Shown piece after piece: positions 41,102 through 52,074 of a stretch of 64,000 nt of DNA (position 1 is its first letter; each line of letters begins with the position of its first letter). The position numbers and the translations under genes are program-made. The stretch lies in assembly GCA_965261735.1 (NCBI GenBank), contig OZ253470.1, positions 4,896,001-4,960,000 of the forward strand. Direction: 5' to 3'. The stretch comes from Alphaproteobacteria bacterium (lineage in GTDB: Bacteria; Pseudomonadota; Alphaproteobacteria; SHVV01). The notes under the pieces are model-generated. The model ran no database searches, was not told where the DNA came from, and saw nothing but the letters and a program-made list of their open reading frames with translations.

Positions 41102-42361
41102 ATGATGGCAGCAGATCTTGACAGGGCCGCACCCGACCTCCCGCTCGCGGGGGTGCGCGTCGTCGACATATCGAGTTTTCTCGCGGCCCCGATGGCCTCG
41201 ATGTTCCTCGCCGACTATGGCGCCGATGTGATCAAAGTGGAACGCCCCGGCAAGGGCGACGAGGTGCGGTACTGGGGTCACAACAAGGACGGCGTGGGCC
41301 TCTATTTCAAGGTCCTGAACCGCAGCAAGAAATCGGTCACGGCCGACCTGCATACGCCGCTCGGCGTCGAGATCGTGAAGCGTCTCGCGGCCAACGCCGA
41401 CCTGATCGTCGAAAACTATCGCCCCGGCACGCTGGAGAAATGGGGGCTCGGCTACGACGTGCTCAGCGCCATCAATCCGGGTCTCGTGCTGCTGCGCGTC
41501 AGCGGTTTCGGCCAAACCGGCCCCAACCGGACCAAGCCCGGTTTCGGTACCCTGGCCGAGGGCTATGCCGGCTACGCCTACATCAACGGCTATCCCGACC
41601 GGCCGCCGTTGCTACCGGGTTTCGGACTCGCCGACTCGACGACGGGGCTGATGGGTGCCTATCTGGCAATGGTGGCGCTCTTCGACCGCGCCAGGCGCGG
41701 CGGCGCCGGCCAAGTGATCGATCTCGCGATCTACGAGCCGCTGTACACGCTGCTCGGCCCCCAGGTGGTCGATTACGACCAGCTCGGCCTCGTCCAGGAG
41801 CGCTTCGGCAGCCGGCTGCCCTTTACGGCGCCGCGCAACACCTACCGCACGCGCGACGACAAGTGGATCACGACCGCGAGCAGCGCCCAGTCAATCTTCG
41901 AGCGCATGTGCGCCGCGCTCGAGATTCCCGAGGCGGCGGCGGATGCGCGCTTCGCGGACGGCCGCGCCCGGATCGAGAACGCCGATGCCCTCGATGAGGT
42001 GCTTCAGAAGGCGTTCTTGCAGTTCGATCTTGACGACCTGATGGAGCGCTTTACGCGCTTCCAGGCAGCGGCCGCGCCGGTGAACAGCGTCGCCCAGACC
42101 TTCGAGGATGAGCACTTCCAGGCGCGCGAAAACATCGTCGCAGTGCCCGACGAGGAGCTCGGCGGCCCGCTCCGCATGCAGAACGTGGTCGGCAAGTTCT
42201 CGCGCACCCCGGGCCGGATTCGCCATAGCGGGCCACGCCTCGGAGAGCACAACCGGGAAGTCCTCATCGAGACGCTCGGATTCAGCGAGGCCGACCTGCG
42301 CGACGGCGGCCTTCCCCTACCCGAGGACGAGGCGCCGCGGCGCCGGGCGGCGGCGAAATAG
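41102..42361 (+). CDS. CaiB/BaiF family III CoA-transferase
   Basis: LADYGADVIKVE, ENYRPG, SGFGQTGP. Confidence 0.93.
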   Translation: MMAADLDRAAPDLPLAGVRVVDISSFLAAPMASMFLADYGADVIKVERPGKGDEVRYWGHNKDGVGLYFKVLNRSKKSVTADLHTPLGVEIVKRLAANADLIVENYRPGTLEKWGLGYDVLSAINPGLVLLRVSGFGQTGPNRTKPGFGTLAEGYAGYAYINGYPDRPPLLPGFGLADSTTGLMGAYLAMVALFDRARRGGAGQVIDLAIYEPLYTLLGPQVVDYDQLGLVQERFGSRLPFTAPRNTYRTRDDKWITTASSAQSIFERMCAALEIPEAAADARFADGRARIENADALDEVLQKAFLQFDLDDLMERFTRFQAAAAPVNSVAQTFEDEHFQARENIVAVPDEELGGPLRMQNVVGKFSRTPGRIRHSGPRLGEHNREVLIETLGFSEADLRDGGLPLPEDEAPRRRAAAK

Positions 42362-42386
42362 CGCGAGACAGGGCGGGGGGCATGCA

Positions 42387-43343
42387 ATGTTGAAGTTGCC
42401 GGACAAAGCGAGCGTGGTCGAGGTTGGCCCCCGCGACGGTCTGCAGAGCTTCCCCGACTGGGTCGATACCGACCGCAAGGTGGCGATGATCGATCGCTTG
42501 AGCGATGCCGGCTTTCCGGTCATCGAGGCGACCGGGTTCGTTCATCCCCGCGTGATCCCGCACCTGCGCGATGCGGAGGAGGTCATGGCGCGGATTAGGA
42601 GGCGCCCCGGGACCATCTATCGCGGTCTGGTTCCCAACGCCAAGGGTGCGGAACGGGCCGTTGCCGCCGGGGTCGACGAACTTCTCGGCCTGATCACGGT
42701 GAGCGAGACCTACTTGAAGAAGAACCAAAACATGACGCTCGATGAGGGCGTCGCGCAGGCCGTGCAGGCCTACGAGATCGCCGAAGCCGGCGGCTGCCGC
42801 TTCGTGATGGCGCTTGGCATGTCGTTGTGGTGCCCGTACGAGGGACCGATCGCCGAGTCTCGGGTGCTGAGCCTGCTCGAGCGTTTTCACGCCGCCGGCA
42901 TGCGCCGCTTCTACCTCGCCGGCAGCACGGGGATGGAAGACCCGAACTGCGTCAACAGCTTGTTCCGGGCTGCCTGCTCGCGCTGGCCCGATGCCACTTT
43001 CGGCTTCCACGTGCACAATATCGCGGGCCTCGGCACGGCCAACGTCCTCGCCGCGCTCGATGGCGGCGCAGGTTCGGTGGAGGGCTCGATCTGCGGCATC
43101 GGCGGCGGTATCGCGATGCCGACCACAATGGGTTCCGTCGGCAACCTGCCGACCGAGGACATCATCTACCTGCTCAACGAGATGGCGATCGACACCGGCA
43201 TCGACACGGTTGAGGCCGTGGCGGCGGCCCGTGACATCGCTGCTCTGCTCGGCATCGAGCCGCGCAGCTACATCGCCCATAGCGGGACGCGCGCCGACGT
43301 CATGGAGCGGGCTCTCGCGAGCCCGCGCGACCATCCGTCGTGA
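42387..43343 (+). CDS. HMG-CoA lyase family protein
   Basis: EVGPRDGLQ, FHVHN, GNLPTED. Confidence 0.9.
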   Translation: MLKLPDKASVVEVGPRDGLQSFPDWVDTDRKVAMIDRLSDAGFPVIEATGFVHPRVIPHLRDAEEVMARIRRRPGTIYRGLVPNAKGAERAVAAGVDELLGLITVSETYLKKNQNMTLDEGVAQAVQAYEIAEAGGCRFVMALGMSLWCPYEGPIAESRVLSLLERFHAAGMRRFYLAGSTGMEDPNCVNSLFRAACSRWPDATFGFHVHNIAGLGTANVLAALDGGAGSVEGSICGIGGGIAMPTTMGSVGNLPTEDIIYLLNEMAIDTGIDTVEAVAAARDIAALLGIEPRSYIAHSGTRADVMERALASPRDHPS

Positions 43344-43486
43344 ACACGGTACCGCGTTCCGCCCGCCCACCCACGATCTGACACCCGCCCGCCGAAATCT
43401 CCTTCCGGCGCGCCGGCCAACAATGCGCGCGGGACAACCCCAAGCTCACCCGCGCAACGGGGTCTCCGGCCGCCGATTGGAAAAGC

Positions 43487-44710
43487 ATGAGCGACCGACC
43501 GAGCCCGCCCTCCCCCGCCGCCGAGGCGACCGGCTGGCTGTTCGTGACCGCCGTGATCGCTGCCGCCGTCGTTGCGACGATGCAGATCGGCAAGGTCCCA
43601 CCGGCATTGCCTTTGATTCGCGAGGAGTTCGGGCTCGGCATGGTGGCCGGCGGTTGGGTCGCCTCGATGATCACGCTGACCGGTGCCCTGACGGGCATCG
43701 CCGCCGGTGTGGTCGGCGACCGGCTCGGCCATCGCCGCGTCGTCATCGCCGGCCTTGTATGCCTGGCAGTGGGGAGCTTCGCGGGTGGCGCGGCGCCATC
43801 GGGGGTGACGCTGCTGCTCACCCGCTTCTTCGAGGGCGTCGGCCACACGGCCATCGTGGTGGCCGGCACGCCGCTAGTCTTTCGCGCGACCCGAGCCGCC
43901 GATCGGCGGCTCGCCCTCGGCATCTGGAGCGCGTTCTTCCCGATGGGAATCGGCTCGATGATGGCGCTCTCGCCGATCTTCCTCGAATCGTTCGGTTGGC
44001 GCGCGATGTGGTTCGCCAACGGCGCTTTGCTGGTGGTGTTTCTGCTGCTCTTTGTCGGCGTCGCGCCGGCATCGTACACCGCCGCGAGTGCCGCCATGCC
44101 GGCGGCCCGTCAAACCTGGCGCGACGTGCGCGTCGCCATCACGCGGCCGGGTCCCTGGCTCCTTTCCGTCATGATCCTGCTGCTCAGCATCGCTACGTTC
44201 TCGGTGATGGCCTGGCTCCCGACCTATCTCGCGGAAGGTCTCGGCTATTCGCCCTCGGCGGCCGCTCTCATTACCGCGGCGATCGTGGCCACCCTCATTC
44301 CGGCCAACATCCTCGGCAGCTGGGTGCTGCACTGGAACATCCGGCGCTGGCACGTGCTCGCCGCCGGTGCCCTCGGCATCGCTCTCTTCCCGCTCGGAAT
44401 CTTCGCCGCTGGGGTGCCCGATATATTGCGGTTCGCCTCGACGATCGCCTTCACGCTGATCGCCGGGCTCATCCCCGGGGCGGTGTTCTCAGGGGTGCTG
44501 CGCCACGCGCCGACAGCCGAGCAAACCGGGGCGGTGACCGGCGTCATCGTGCAAGGCTCCAATCTCGGCCTGCTGTTTGGCCCGCCCGTGCTCGCCGCCG
44601 TCGTGGTGCGCTTTGGTGGGTGGCAGGCCTCGCCGTGGCTCTTCCTGATCGTCGGCGGCCTCAGCCTGTGCACGGCTTACGCGATTGGCCGCATCGAGGC
44701 GCGGCCGTGA
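43487..44710 (+). CDS. MFS transporter
   Basis: About 12 hydrophobic segments. GVVGDRLGHRR motif A. Confidence 0.9.
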   Translation: MSDRPSPPSPAAEATGWLFVTAVIAAAVVATMQIGKVPPALPLIREEFGLGMVAGGWVASMITLTGALTGIAAGVVGDRLGHRRVVIAGLVCLAVGSFAGGAAPSGVTLLLTRFFEGVGHTAIVVAGTPLVFRATRAADRRLALGIWSAFFPMGIGSMMALSPIFLESFGWRAMWFANGALLVVFLLLFVGVAPASYTAASAAMPAARQTWRDVRVAITRPGPWLLSVMILLLSIATFSVMAWLPTYLAEGLGYSPSAAALITAAIVATLIPANILGSWVLHWNIRRWHVLAAGALGIALFPLGIFAAGVPDILRFASTIAFTLIAGLIPGAVFSGVLRHAPTAEQTGAVTGVIVQGSNLGLLFGPPVLAAVVVRFGGWQASPWLFLIVGGLSLCTAYAIGRIEARP

Positions 44711-44747
44711 CGGCCCGCGCGTCGAACGGCCTCACCGTGTGCGCACG

Positions 44748-45629
44748 ATGACAACGGTCGTCCGGCCTACCGACGCACCGCTGCGCGGCATTCTCCTGAT
44801 GTGCGCCGCGATGGCATTCCTCGCCCTCATGGCGACGGCCATCAAGCACTTGACGCAGACCTACCCGGCACCGGAGATCCTGTGGGCCCGCTTTTTCTTC
44901 CACTTCCTGTTCATCCTGGTGCTATTTCCGCGCCGCATCCCGACGCTTCTGGTCAGCCGGCGCAAGGGTCTGCAGATAGGGCGATCGATCGTCATGCTGC
45001 TCGGCTCGCTCATTGCCGTAAGCGCACTGCGCTACATCCAGGTCGCGGAGTTCGTGGCGCTCACCTTCATTGCGCCAGCGCTGGTCGCCGGTCTCTCCGT
45101 CGTCGTCCTGCGTGAGCACGTGGGGCCCCGGCGCTGGGCGTCGATCGGGGTCGGCTTTATCGGCGTCCTTATCATCGTGCGCCCCGGTGCCGGGGTCATG
45201 CACTGGGCCGCGGCGCTGCCGCTCGGCGTGGCGATGTGTCAGGCGAGCTATCAGATCATGACGCGCCTGCTGAGCCAGGAGGCGGACGTCATCAACTCGC
45301 TCGTCTATACGTCGCTGGTCGGCGCCGCCGTCACCACGCTTGCGCTGCCGTTCTTCTGGGTGCCGCCGCAGGGCGTCGATTGGCTCATCATGGCCTGCAT
45401 CGGATTTCTCGGTGGCGCCGGGCATTTCGCCATGATCAAGGCCTACGAGCGGGCGGCCGCGTCGGTCATCGCGCCGCTGACCTATACGGAGCTGATCTGG
45501 GCGACGCTCGCCGGTTTCGCCGTGTTCGGCGACCTGCCCGACGTCTGGACGTTCGTGGGCGCCGCCATCATCGCCGCGAGCGGCATCTACATTCTCCACC
45601 GCGAACGCCTCAAACGGGGTCTCGCCTGA
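44748..45629 (+). CDS. DMT/EamA transporter 1
   Basis: ARF, LREHVG.RRW, IIVRPG, FGDLPD. Confidence 0.92.
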   Translation: MTTVVRPTDAPLRGILLMCAAMAFLALMATAIKHLTQTYPAPEILWARFFFHFLFILVLFPRRIPTLLVSRRKGLQIGRSIVMLLGSLIAVSALRYIQVAEFVALTFIAPALVAGLSVVVLREHVGPRRWASIGVGFIGVLIIVRPGAGVMHWAAALPLGVAMCQASYQIMTRLLSQEADVINSLVYTSLVGAAVTTLALPFFWVPPQGVDWLIMACIGFLGGAGHFAMIKAYERAAASVIAPLTYTELIWATLAGFAVFGDLPDVWTFVGAAIIAASGIYILHRERLKRGLA

Positions 45630-46513
45630 TGGCTCCGCCCGGGCCTGCCGCGGAGGAGCCGCTCCGCGGCATCGTACTGATGTGCGCCGCCGTCGCCGTG
45701 CTCGCGGTCATGGCGGCCATCTTCAAGCACCTGGCGCCCGACTATCCGGCCGTCCAGATCGTATGGGCGCGCTACTTTTTTCACTTCGCCCTGGTCCTGG
45801 TACTGGTCCCGCGCCGCATCCCGCGGCTGCTGGTGAGCCAGCGCAAGGACCTGCAGGTGCTGCGCTCGGTGCTGATGCTGGGCGCCACGGCATGCAGCGT
45901 CGTCGGCGTGCGCTATCTGCCGCTCGCCGACTTCGCGGCCATCGGTTTCGTCGCGCCGCTGCTCGTGGCTCTCTTGTCGATCGTCGTTCTCGGCGAGACC
46001 GTGGGGGTACGGCGCTGGACCTCGCTGTTCATCGGCTTTGCCGGTGTTCTCATCGTCGTGCGCCCCGGCGCCGGGGTCATGAATTGGGCGGCAGCGCTCC
46101 CGATCGGCATGGCGCTGTGCTACGCCTCCTACCAGATCATCACGCGCGGCATCCGCGAACTCGCCGATCCCTTTACGTCCCTCATCTATACCGCCTTCGT
46201 CGGCGCCGTCGCGACGAGCGCGGTCCTGCCCTTTGTCTGGGTGCCCCCGGATCTCGAGGGCTGGGCGCTGATGATCTGCGTCGGTGTGTTCGGCGGCTTC
46301 GGCCACCTCGCGCTGATCAGGGCCTACAAGATCACCACAGCGTCGCTTCTGGCCCCGTTCGGCTATACCAACCTGCTCTGGGCCGCCGTTCTCGGCATCG
46401 TCATGTTCAATGACATCCCCGACTACTGGACCCTGTTCGGCGGCGCCGTCATTGCCGCCAGCGGATTGTACGTGGTGCAGCGAGAGCGCGTGGCGGCGGG
46501 GAGCCGCGCATGA
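45629..46513 (+). CDS. DMT/EamA transporter 2
   Basis: TGATG coupling to the previous gene, with the same motifs. Confidence 0.92.
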   Translation: MAPPGPAAEEPLRGIVLMCAAVAVLAVMAAIFKHLAPDYPAVQIVWARYFFHFALVLVLVPRRIPRLLVSQRKDLQVLRSVLMLGATACSVVGVRYLPLADFAAIGFVAPLLVALLSIVVLGETVGVRRWTSLFIGFAGVLIVVRPGAGVMNWAAALPIGMALCYASYQIITRGIRELADPFTSLIYTAFVGAVATSAVLPFVWVPPDLEGWALMICVGVFGGFGHLALIRAYKITTASLLAPFGYTNLLWAAVLGIVMFNDIPDYWTLFGGAVIAASGLYVVQRERVAAGSRA

Positions 46514-48260
46514 GCGTCGCCGCGCCCATCGACAGGCCAGTCAGGGGCATCGTCCTGATGGCCACCGCGGTGCTTTCCCTCTCGGTGATGGGGATCCTGG
46601 TCAAGGTCTTGACGGTCGACTATCCCACGGCCCAGTTGATTTGGGCCCGGTTCTTCTTCAACTTCCTGCTGGTTCTCGTGCTGTTTCCGTGGCGCATCCC
46701 GACCCTTCTCGTCGCCCGGCGCAAGGATCTACAGATCGTACGGGCCGTGCTCGCGTTGATTGGCGGGGTGTTCGCCATCACGGCGCTTCACTACATGTCG
46801 CTCGCCGACTTAATCGCGATCCACTTCCTGGCACCATTGCTGGTCACGGGACTTTCCGTCGTGGCGCTCGGCGAGATCGTCGGTATCCGCCGCTGGGCGG
46901 CGGTGCTGATCGGCTTCGCAGGCGTGCTCGTGATCATCCGGCCGGGTCTCACCGTGTTCCACTGGTGGGTGCTGTTACCGGTCGGGATGGCGATGACCTC
47001 GGCCACCTTCCAGACAATCACCCGGTACATCAGCCCTTGCCATCCGGTTAACGCCCATGACCGCTACATGTAGGGTGCCGCCACTCTCCCGAGTAAAGCT
47101 CGGCATAGGTTGGAGCAGAGGTGTCGCCCGCGATGCCGAGCAATGAGCGGAAGGCGTTGAACGGGTAGAACCGCCTGTTGAAGCGGAAGGTGAACTCGTT
47201 GAGGTAGGCTTGTAGGTGCTGGTGGCTAACGCCGTGGTGGATACCGATCAGCCACGTCTTCAGGTTGGCGAAAACCAGATGGATGATCGGCAGGTATTGC
47301 TCGGCAACCTCTGGATCACCACACTCGGCAACAGCGAAGTGCTCATAGCCGCGCTTACCGAGGCCAGCATAGCCGCTCCAATCGTCAGTAACGATCAGCG
47401 ATCGCGGCGCGACGGTGCTCTCGACGAACCCACAGAGCGACTCGGCGCTACGGTCGAGCACGACGGCGAGCCGAACGCGTCCGGCATAGCGTCCGTCTTT
47501 CCGGTTGTCGAGCTTGGTGCCCGGCTTTCGATGACGCACCTCGATGGCACAGGAGACGGGAACCTTGTGGTGAACACCACGGCCTTCCCCACGCGTTCGC
47601 CCGCCAACCCAGGTTTCGTCCACCTCAACATGGTTCTTGGGCTGCCACCGATCCTGTCTTGGTTGGGCCGCACCATGCCCGAGCGGAGCTTGTGGAGAAT
47701 TTGAAAGGCCGTCTCCCCAGCGGGCTTTCTCCGGGTAGGCGGCGCAGGCCGCATCATCAGGGAAAAGTCGCTGGAACTCGGGTAGCTAATGCGGGAATGG
47801 GAGATCGGCGCGGTCGAGAACATCCATGGCGCGCTCCCCTATATCCGGTTTGCGCCCACTCTAGCCCTAGTGGGTGTGGGTGTAAACCGGATAGGAAAGC
47901 ATCAGCCATACCGAGGACCCACTCAACACGATGTTTTATGTCGCCATCGTCGGCGCCGCCGTGACGAGCGCGGTGGTGCCGTTCTTCTGGGTTACGCCGA
48001 GCCCCGAGGCGTGGCTGATGCTGGTCGCGATCGGGCTGTTCGCCGGCCTCGGGCAGTTCGCCATGGTCCGGGCCTATGAGCGCTCACAGGCCGCGGTGGT
48101 CGCCCCGTTCGCCTACACCGAGATCGTGTAGGCGACGATACTCGGCCTCGCGGTGTTCGGCGATCTTCCCGACGTCTGGACCTTCGTCGGCGCCGCCATC
48201 ATTGCTGCCAGCGGGCTCTACGTCCTCCACCGCGAGCGCGTAAAGCAGGTGGCGGCCTAG
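46510..48260 (+). pseudogene. DMT/EamA transporter 3, IS-interrupted and with a nonsense codon
   Basis: Frame resumes after the TSD. TAG at 48129-48131 aligns with Trp in the paralogs (ELIW). Confidence 0.9.
47036..47899 (-). mobile_element. IS1595-A copy 4, internally deleted, mutated IRs
   Basis: 8-bp TSD catcagcc at 47028-47035 and 47900-47907. Confidence 0.95.
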
Positions 48261-48284
48261 GCGCGCTAGCCGCCCGTCACCGGA

Positions 48285-48926
48285 CTAAGATGCGCGCTTC
48301 ACTTCCGGGCGCGCGGCCGCGGACGGTAAGCCAGGCACGACCCTGACCTTGCCCGCGCGCGCGAGCGTTTCGCGCATGGCAAACCCGGCGCCCGGGTAGG
48401 CCACCATCTCCTCGGGCGGCGTGTAGCGGGCGGGCTCCGGCCACACGCCGGGTCGGGGGCTCGAACCCTCATCGGCGATCGCCAAGGGGTCAGCGTCGTA
48501 GATGGCGGGCGCATCGAGTATCTCGACACAATCCCAGGTCACATCGAGCGGAATGTTGTTGGGATCGAAAAAGTAGATCGACCAGCCCATGCCATGGTCG
48601 ACGGCGCCGGTGACGTCGAACCCCACCGCTTCGATCCGGTCCTTAAGCACGAACAGCTCCTCGCGGCTGCCCACGTTGAACGAGACGTGATCGAAGCCGA
48701 GTGGCTTGGTCGTCGGCTGGCCGTGGAACTTGTACTCCATCGGCTGCGCGCCGTCGTACTCGAAAAAGGCCACGTGATCCGAGCCGAACTTGAAGAAGTA
48801 GTGCCGAAACCCCTGCTCTCCGATGCCCGTCGTCAGCTCCATGCCCAACAAGTCGCGGTAGAAGCGGACTGTCTTCTCCATATCGTTGGTGATGAACGCG
48901 AGGTGATTGACGCCGGTCAAACCCAT
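48285..48926 (-). CDS. VOC family protein
   Basis: GVNHLAF, DHVSF, SIYFFDPNNIPL. Confidence 0.9.
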   Translation of the reverse strand: MGLTGVNHLAFITNDMEKTVRFYRDLLGMELTTGIGEQGFRHYFFKFGSDHVAFFEYDGAQPMEYKFHGQPTTKPLGFDHVSFNVGSREELFVLKDRIEAVGFDVTGAVDHGMGWSIYFFDPNNIPLDVTWDCVEILDAPAIYDADPLAIADEGSSPRPGVWPEPARYTPPEEMVAYPGAGFAMRETLARAGKVRVVPGLPSAAARPEVKRAS

Positions 48927-49010
48927 GATGCCCTCCGTCGGCCGGTGCACTGTCAAATCATGTATTCCTGGGCACACCGATTGCCAGGCATTTCTTTGTC
49001 CCGGGCCGCC

Positions 49011-50276
49011 CTATTGCGCGGCTACGGTCGCTTCCGCGATCCGAGCGACCCGCTTGCGCCGGGTCAGCATCCAAGTCCAGGCCAACAGGCAGATGACGGC
49101 GCCGCCGGCGACCGGCAGCTTAAGCCCCAACATCTCCGACAGGCCCCCCATCATGAGGGCGCCGAGCGCCGGGCCGCCGCGGCCGATGAGGCCGTAGATG
49201 CCCATCACCCGGCCACGGACTGAGCCCTCGACCGTGCTCATGATCAGGGTTTGCCCGCCGACGTAGATGGCCACCTTGGCCCACGCGGAGATTGCCAGGA
49301 AGAAGAGGGCGAGCCAGAACGAGTCGGTGGCGAGGAACCCGATCAGCGCTAGCGCCACGATCATAAGGTGGGCGACGGCGATGCCGGTGAGCCCCTCGAC
49401 TCGGCCGCGGTAGGCGAGCCAGATGCCGCAGGCGAGCGCGCCCAACCCCATGCTCGAGGTGAGCCAGGCGAGGCCGACGGCGCCGCGGTCGAACACGCGG
49501 TCCGCGAATCCCGGCAGTAGCTCGCTGATCGGTCGCGCGAACAGCGCGGCGCTAAGGATGAGCACCAGCATGGGACCGGTAACGGGATGCAGGGCGGCGT
49601 AGCGCATGCCCTGGCCGATGTCTCGAAACAGGTTGCCGCTCGGCATCGTCGTGGCCGGCGCGGGTAGGCGCAGTCGGGCTAAGGCGATGAGAAAGACTAG
49701 GTAGCTGAAGGCGTTGAAGGCGAACGCCGGAGCGAGGCCGGAGGTCCCGATGAGCAGCCCCGCCGTGGCTGGGCCGACAAACATGGCGATGTTGAATACG
49801 CTGGCATTGATGGCCACGGCAGCGGTCAGACTCTCCCTGCCGACGAGGCTGGGGACGAGCGACATGCGCACTGGCTGCGCGAACGCTGAAGCAATGCCGA
49901 GAATCACCGTGAGCACGAGCAGCAGCCACACCGTCATGTAGCCGGCGAGCATCAGCACCGCCAGCACCACTGCCTGCGCCAACGAAACCATCTGCGTCCA
50001 CGTTAAGAGCTTTACGCGGTCGATACGGTCGGCGACCGCCCCGGCGAGCGGAGAAATCACCAGCGTCGGCGCGAGATCGGCGAAGGCCATTAAGCCGAGC
50101 CACGTGCCCGAGTGGGTCAGGTCCCAGGTGAGCCAGCCGACGGCCACGCGCTGCACCCAGAATCCCACCAGCGACACCGCGTGCCCCTCGGTGAAGATGC
50201 GGTAGTTGCGATTGCTGAGCGCGGCGCCAATGCCGCCCATGAGGACGACACCGGTCGCAGAACGAATACTCTTCAC
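49011..50276 (-). CDS. MFS transporter
   Basis: NRNYRIF, GAVADRIDR, RGRVMG. Confidence 0.92.
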   Translation of the reverse strand: MKSIRSATGVVLMGGIGAALSNRNYRIFTEGHAVSLVGFWVQRVAVGWLTWDLTHSGTWLGLMAFADLAPTLVISPLAGAVADRIDRVKLLTWTQMVSLAQAVVLAVLMLAGYMTVWLLLVLTVILGIASAFAQPVRMSLVPSLVGRESLTAAVAINASVFNIAMFVGPATAGLLIGTSGLAPAFAFNAFSYLVFLIALARLRLPAPATTMPSGNLFRDIGQGMRYAALHPVTGPMLVLILSAALFARPISELLPGFADRVFDRGAVGLAWLTSSMGLGALACGIWLAYRGRVEGLTGIAVAHLMIVALALIGFLATDSFWLALFFLAISAWAKVAIYVGGQTLIMSTVEGSVRGRVMGIYGLIGRGGPALGALMMGGLSEMLGLKLPVAGGAVICLLAWTWMLTRRKRVARIAEATVAAQ

Positions 50277-50409
50277 CCCGACCCATGGTGTGGAGGATGG
50301 CGATCGGCGCCCGCCGACCCCGCTGCGACGACGGTAGGCGCCCGCTCGTTCTTGCCATTATTGTCGGGCCGCGGCAATCGCCGCGGTCACACATCCGTCG
50401 ATCACCGCC

Positions 50410-51762
50410 TCAGGCGCCCGCTTGACCTTGCGGATCCGATTCGATGATGCGGGCGATCCCGCGCTGCCGCCTCAGCATCCACAGCCAGGCGCCAACGCAG
50501 ATGGCCGCGCCACCGGCCACCGGTAGCCTCAGCCCGACAGCCTCTGACAAACCGCCCATGAGCAGCGCACCAGCCGCGGGGCCGCTGCGGCCGATGAGCC
50601 CGTAGAAGCTCATGACCCGCCCGCGCATCTGACCGTCGACGCTGGTCATGATCAAGGTCTGGCAACTGATGTTGATGGCGGAGAACGCCCACGCGGTCAC
50701 AGCCAGGAAGGCGAGCGCGAACCAAAAGGAGTCGCTGGCGACGAAGGCGAAAAGCGACAGGGCCGCTACCAGTAGGTGAGCGGCGGCAATAGTGGTGAGG
50801 CCGGTCACGGTGCCGCGGCGCGCGAGCCAGGTGCCGGCCGCGAAGGCGCTCAGTCCCATGCTTGACGTGAGCCAGGCCAGGCCCGTGGCACCACGGTCGA
50901 AGACGCGATCGGCGAAGCCCGGCAGTAGCTCGCCGACCGGGCGCGCGAAGACGGCGGTCACCAGCATCAGGATCAGCAGCGGCCCGGCGGCGGGGTGGGA
51001 GACCGCGTAGCGGATGCCGTCGGCAATGTCGGTGGTCAGGCGCCGGCGGGCGCGTGGCGGTGAATCGTCGGCGGCGAGTCGAATCCGCGTCAGCATCAGC
51101 ACGAAGATCAGAAAGCCCGCCGTGTTGCAGGCAAAGGCCCAGGCCAGGCCCGAGGTCGCGATGATGGCGCCGGCGACGGCCGGCCCCACGAACATGGCGA
51201 CGTTCCAGATGCTCGAGTCGATGGCGATGGCCGAGGCAACGCTGTCGCGCCCGACGAGGCTGGGAACCAGGGCGAAGCGCGAGGGCTGCGCGTATGCGGA
51301 GGCGGTGCCACGAAGTATGGTCAGGGCCAGGAGGAGCCAGATGTTCAGGAGGCCGGCAAACATGGCCGCGGTCAGCATCGCCCCCTGGACCGCCGCCACG
51401 GACTGCGTCCAGCGCAGCAGCGTCAGGCGGTCGACGCGGTCGGCCACGGCGCCGGCGAGCGGTGCGGTGACGAGGACGGGAGCGAGGTCGGCAAAGGCCA
51501 TGATGCCGAGCCAGGTCCCGGAATGGGTCAGCTCCCAGGTGAGCCAGCCAACGGCGACTCTCTGAACCCACAGCCCGGTCATGGCGCAGCCCTGGCCGAA
51601 CGCGAAGATGCGGTAGTTGCGGTTGCGGAAGGCGCTGCCGATGCCGCCGACCATGGCCGTGGAGAGGGAGGAGGGAGGCGACTTCAACGCTGGACCGGGA
51701 CGCGCTTTCCGAGCAGGTGGCGGGAGATCGAAATCCGAGGGCCGCGGCATCAGGCCGAGCAC
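50410..51762 (-). CDS. MFS transporter, paralog of the neighbour
   Basis: Shares long blocks such as ELLPGFADRVFDRGA with 49011-50276. Start uncertain. Confidence 0.92.
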   Translation of the reverse strand: MLGLMPRPSDFDLPPPARKARPGPALKSPPSSLSTAMVGGIGSAFRNRNYRIFAFGQGCAMTGLWVQRVAVGWLTWELTHSGTWLGIMAFADLAPVLVTAPLAGAVADRVDRLTLLRWTQSVAAVQGAMLTAAMFAGLLNIWLLLALTILRGTASAYAQPSRFALVPSLVGRDSVASAIAIDSSIWNVAMFVGPAVAGAIIATSGLAWAFACNTAGFLIFVLMLTRIRLAADDSPPRARRRLTTDIADGIRYAVSHPAAGPLLILMLVTAVFARPVGELLPGFADRVFDRGATGLAWLTSSMGLSAFAAGTWLARRGTVTGLTTIAAAHLLVAALSLFAFVASDSFWFALAFLAVTAWAFSAINISCQTLIMTSVDGQMRGRVMSFYGLIGRSGPAAGALLMGGLSEAVGLRLPVAGGAAICVGAWLWMLRRQRGIARIIESDPQGQAGA

Positions 51763-51882
51763 AATCTTTTCATGCCACCGTTGGGGGCTCGTCGCAAGGC
51801 GCTACATCGCAAAAGGGGCGCCGAGCCGTCCGACGCAATAGAATCATTTACCCGCACACAGGGGCGCGATGGAAGATCACTG

Positions 51883-52074
51883 ATGTCCGACGGGCGACCA
51901 AGCGTGCGCGAGCGGTGGGTGCGGGCCATCGAGGCGGAAATCGCGCGGACGCTGCCGGCCGCGGATACCGAAGCGTTGATCGCCGCCTGCCAGAGGGGCG
52001 AGCCGGCGGCCCGCGAACGCTACCGGCGCATCGATCTCGATATCAGGACGCGGCAGGCGCGAATCCTCGGATGA
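51883..52074 (+). CDS. Small hypothetical protein
   Basis: 63 aa, ATGA overlap with the cyclase gene. Confidence 0.55.
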   Translation: MSDGRPSVRERWVRAIEAEIARTLPAADTEALIAACQRGEPAARERYRRIDLDIRTRQARILG

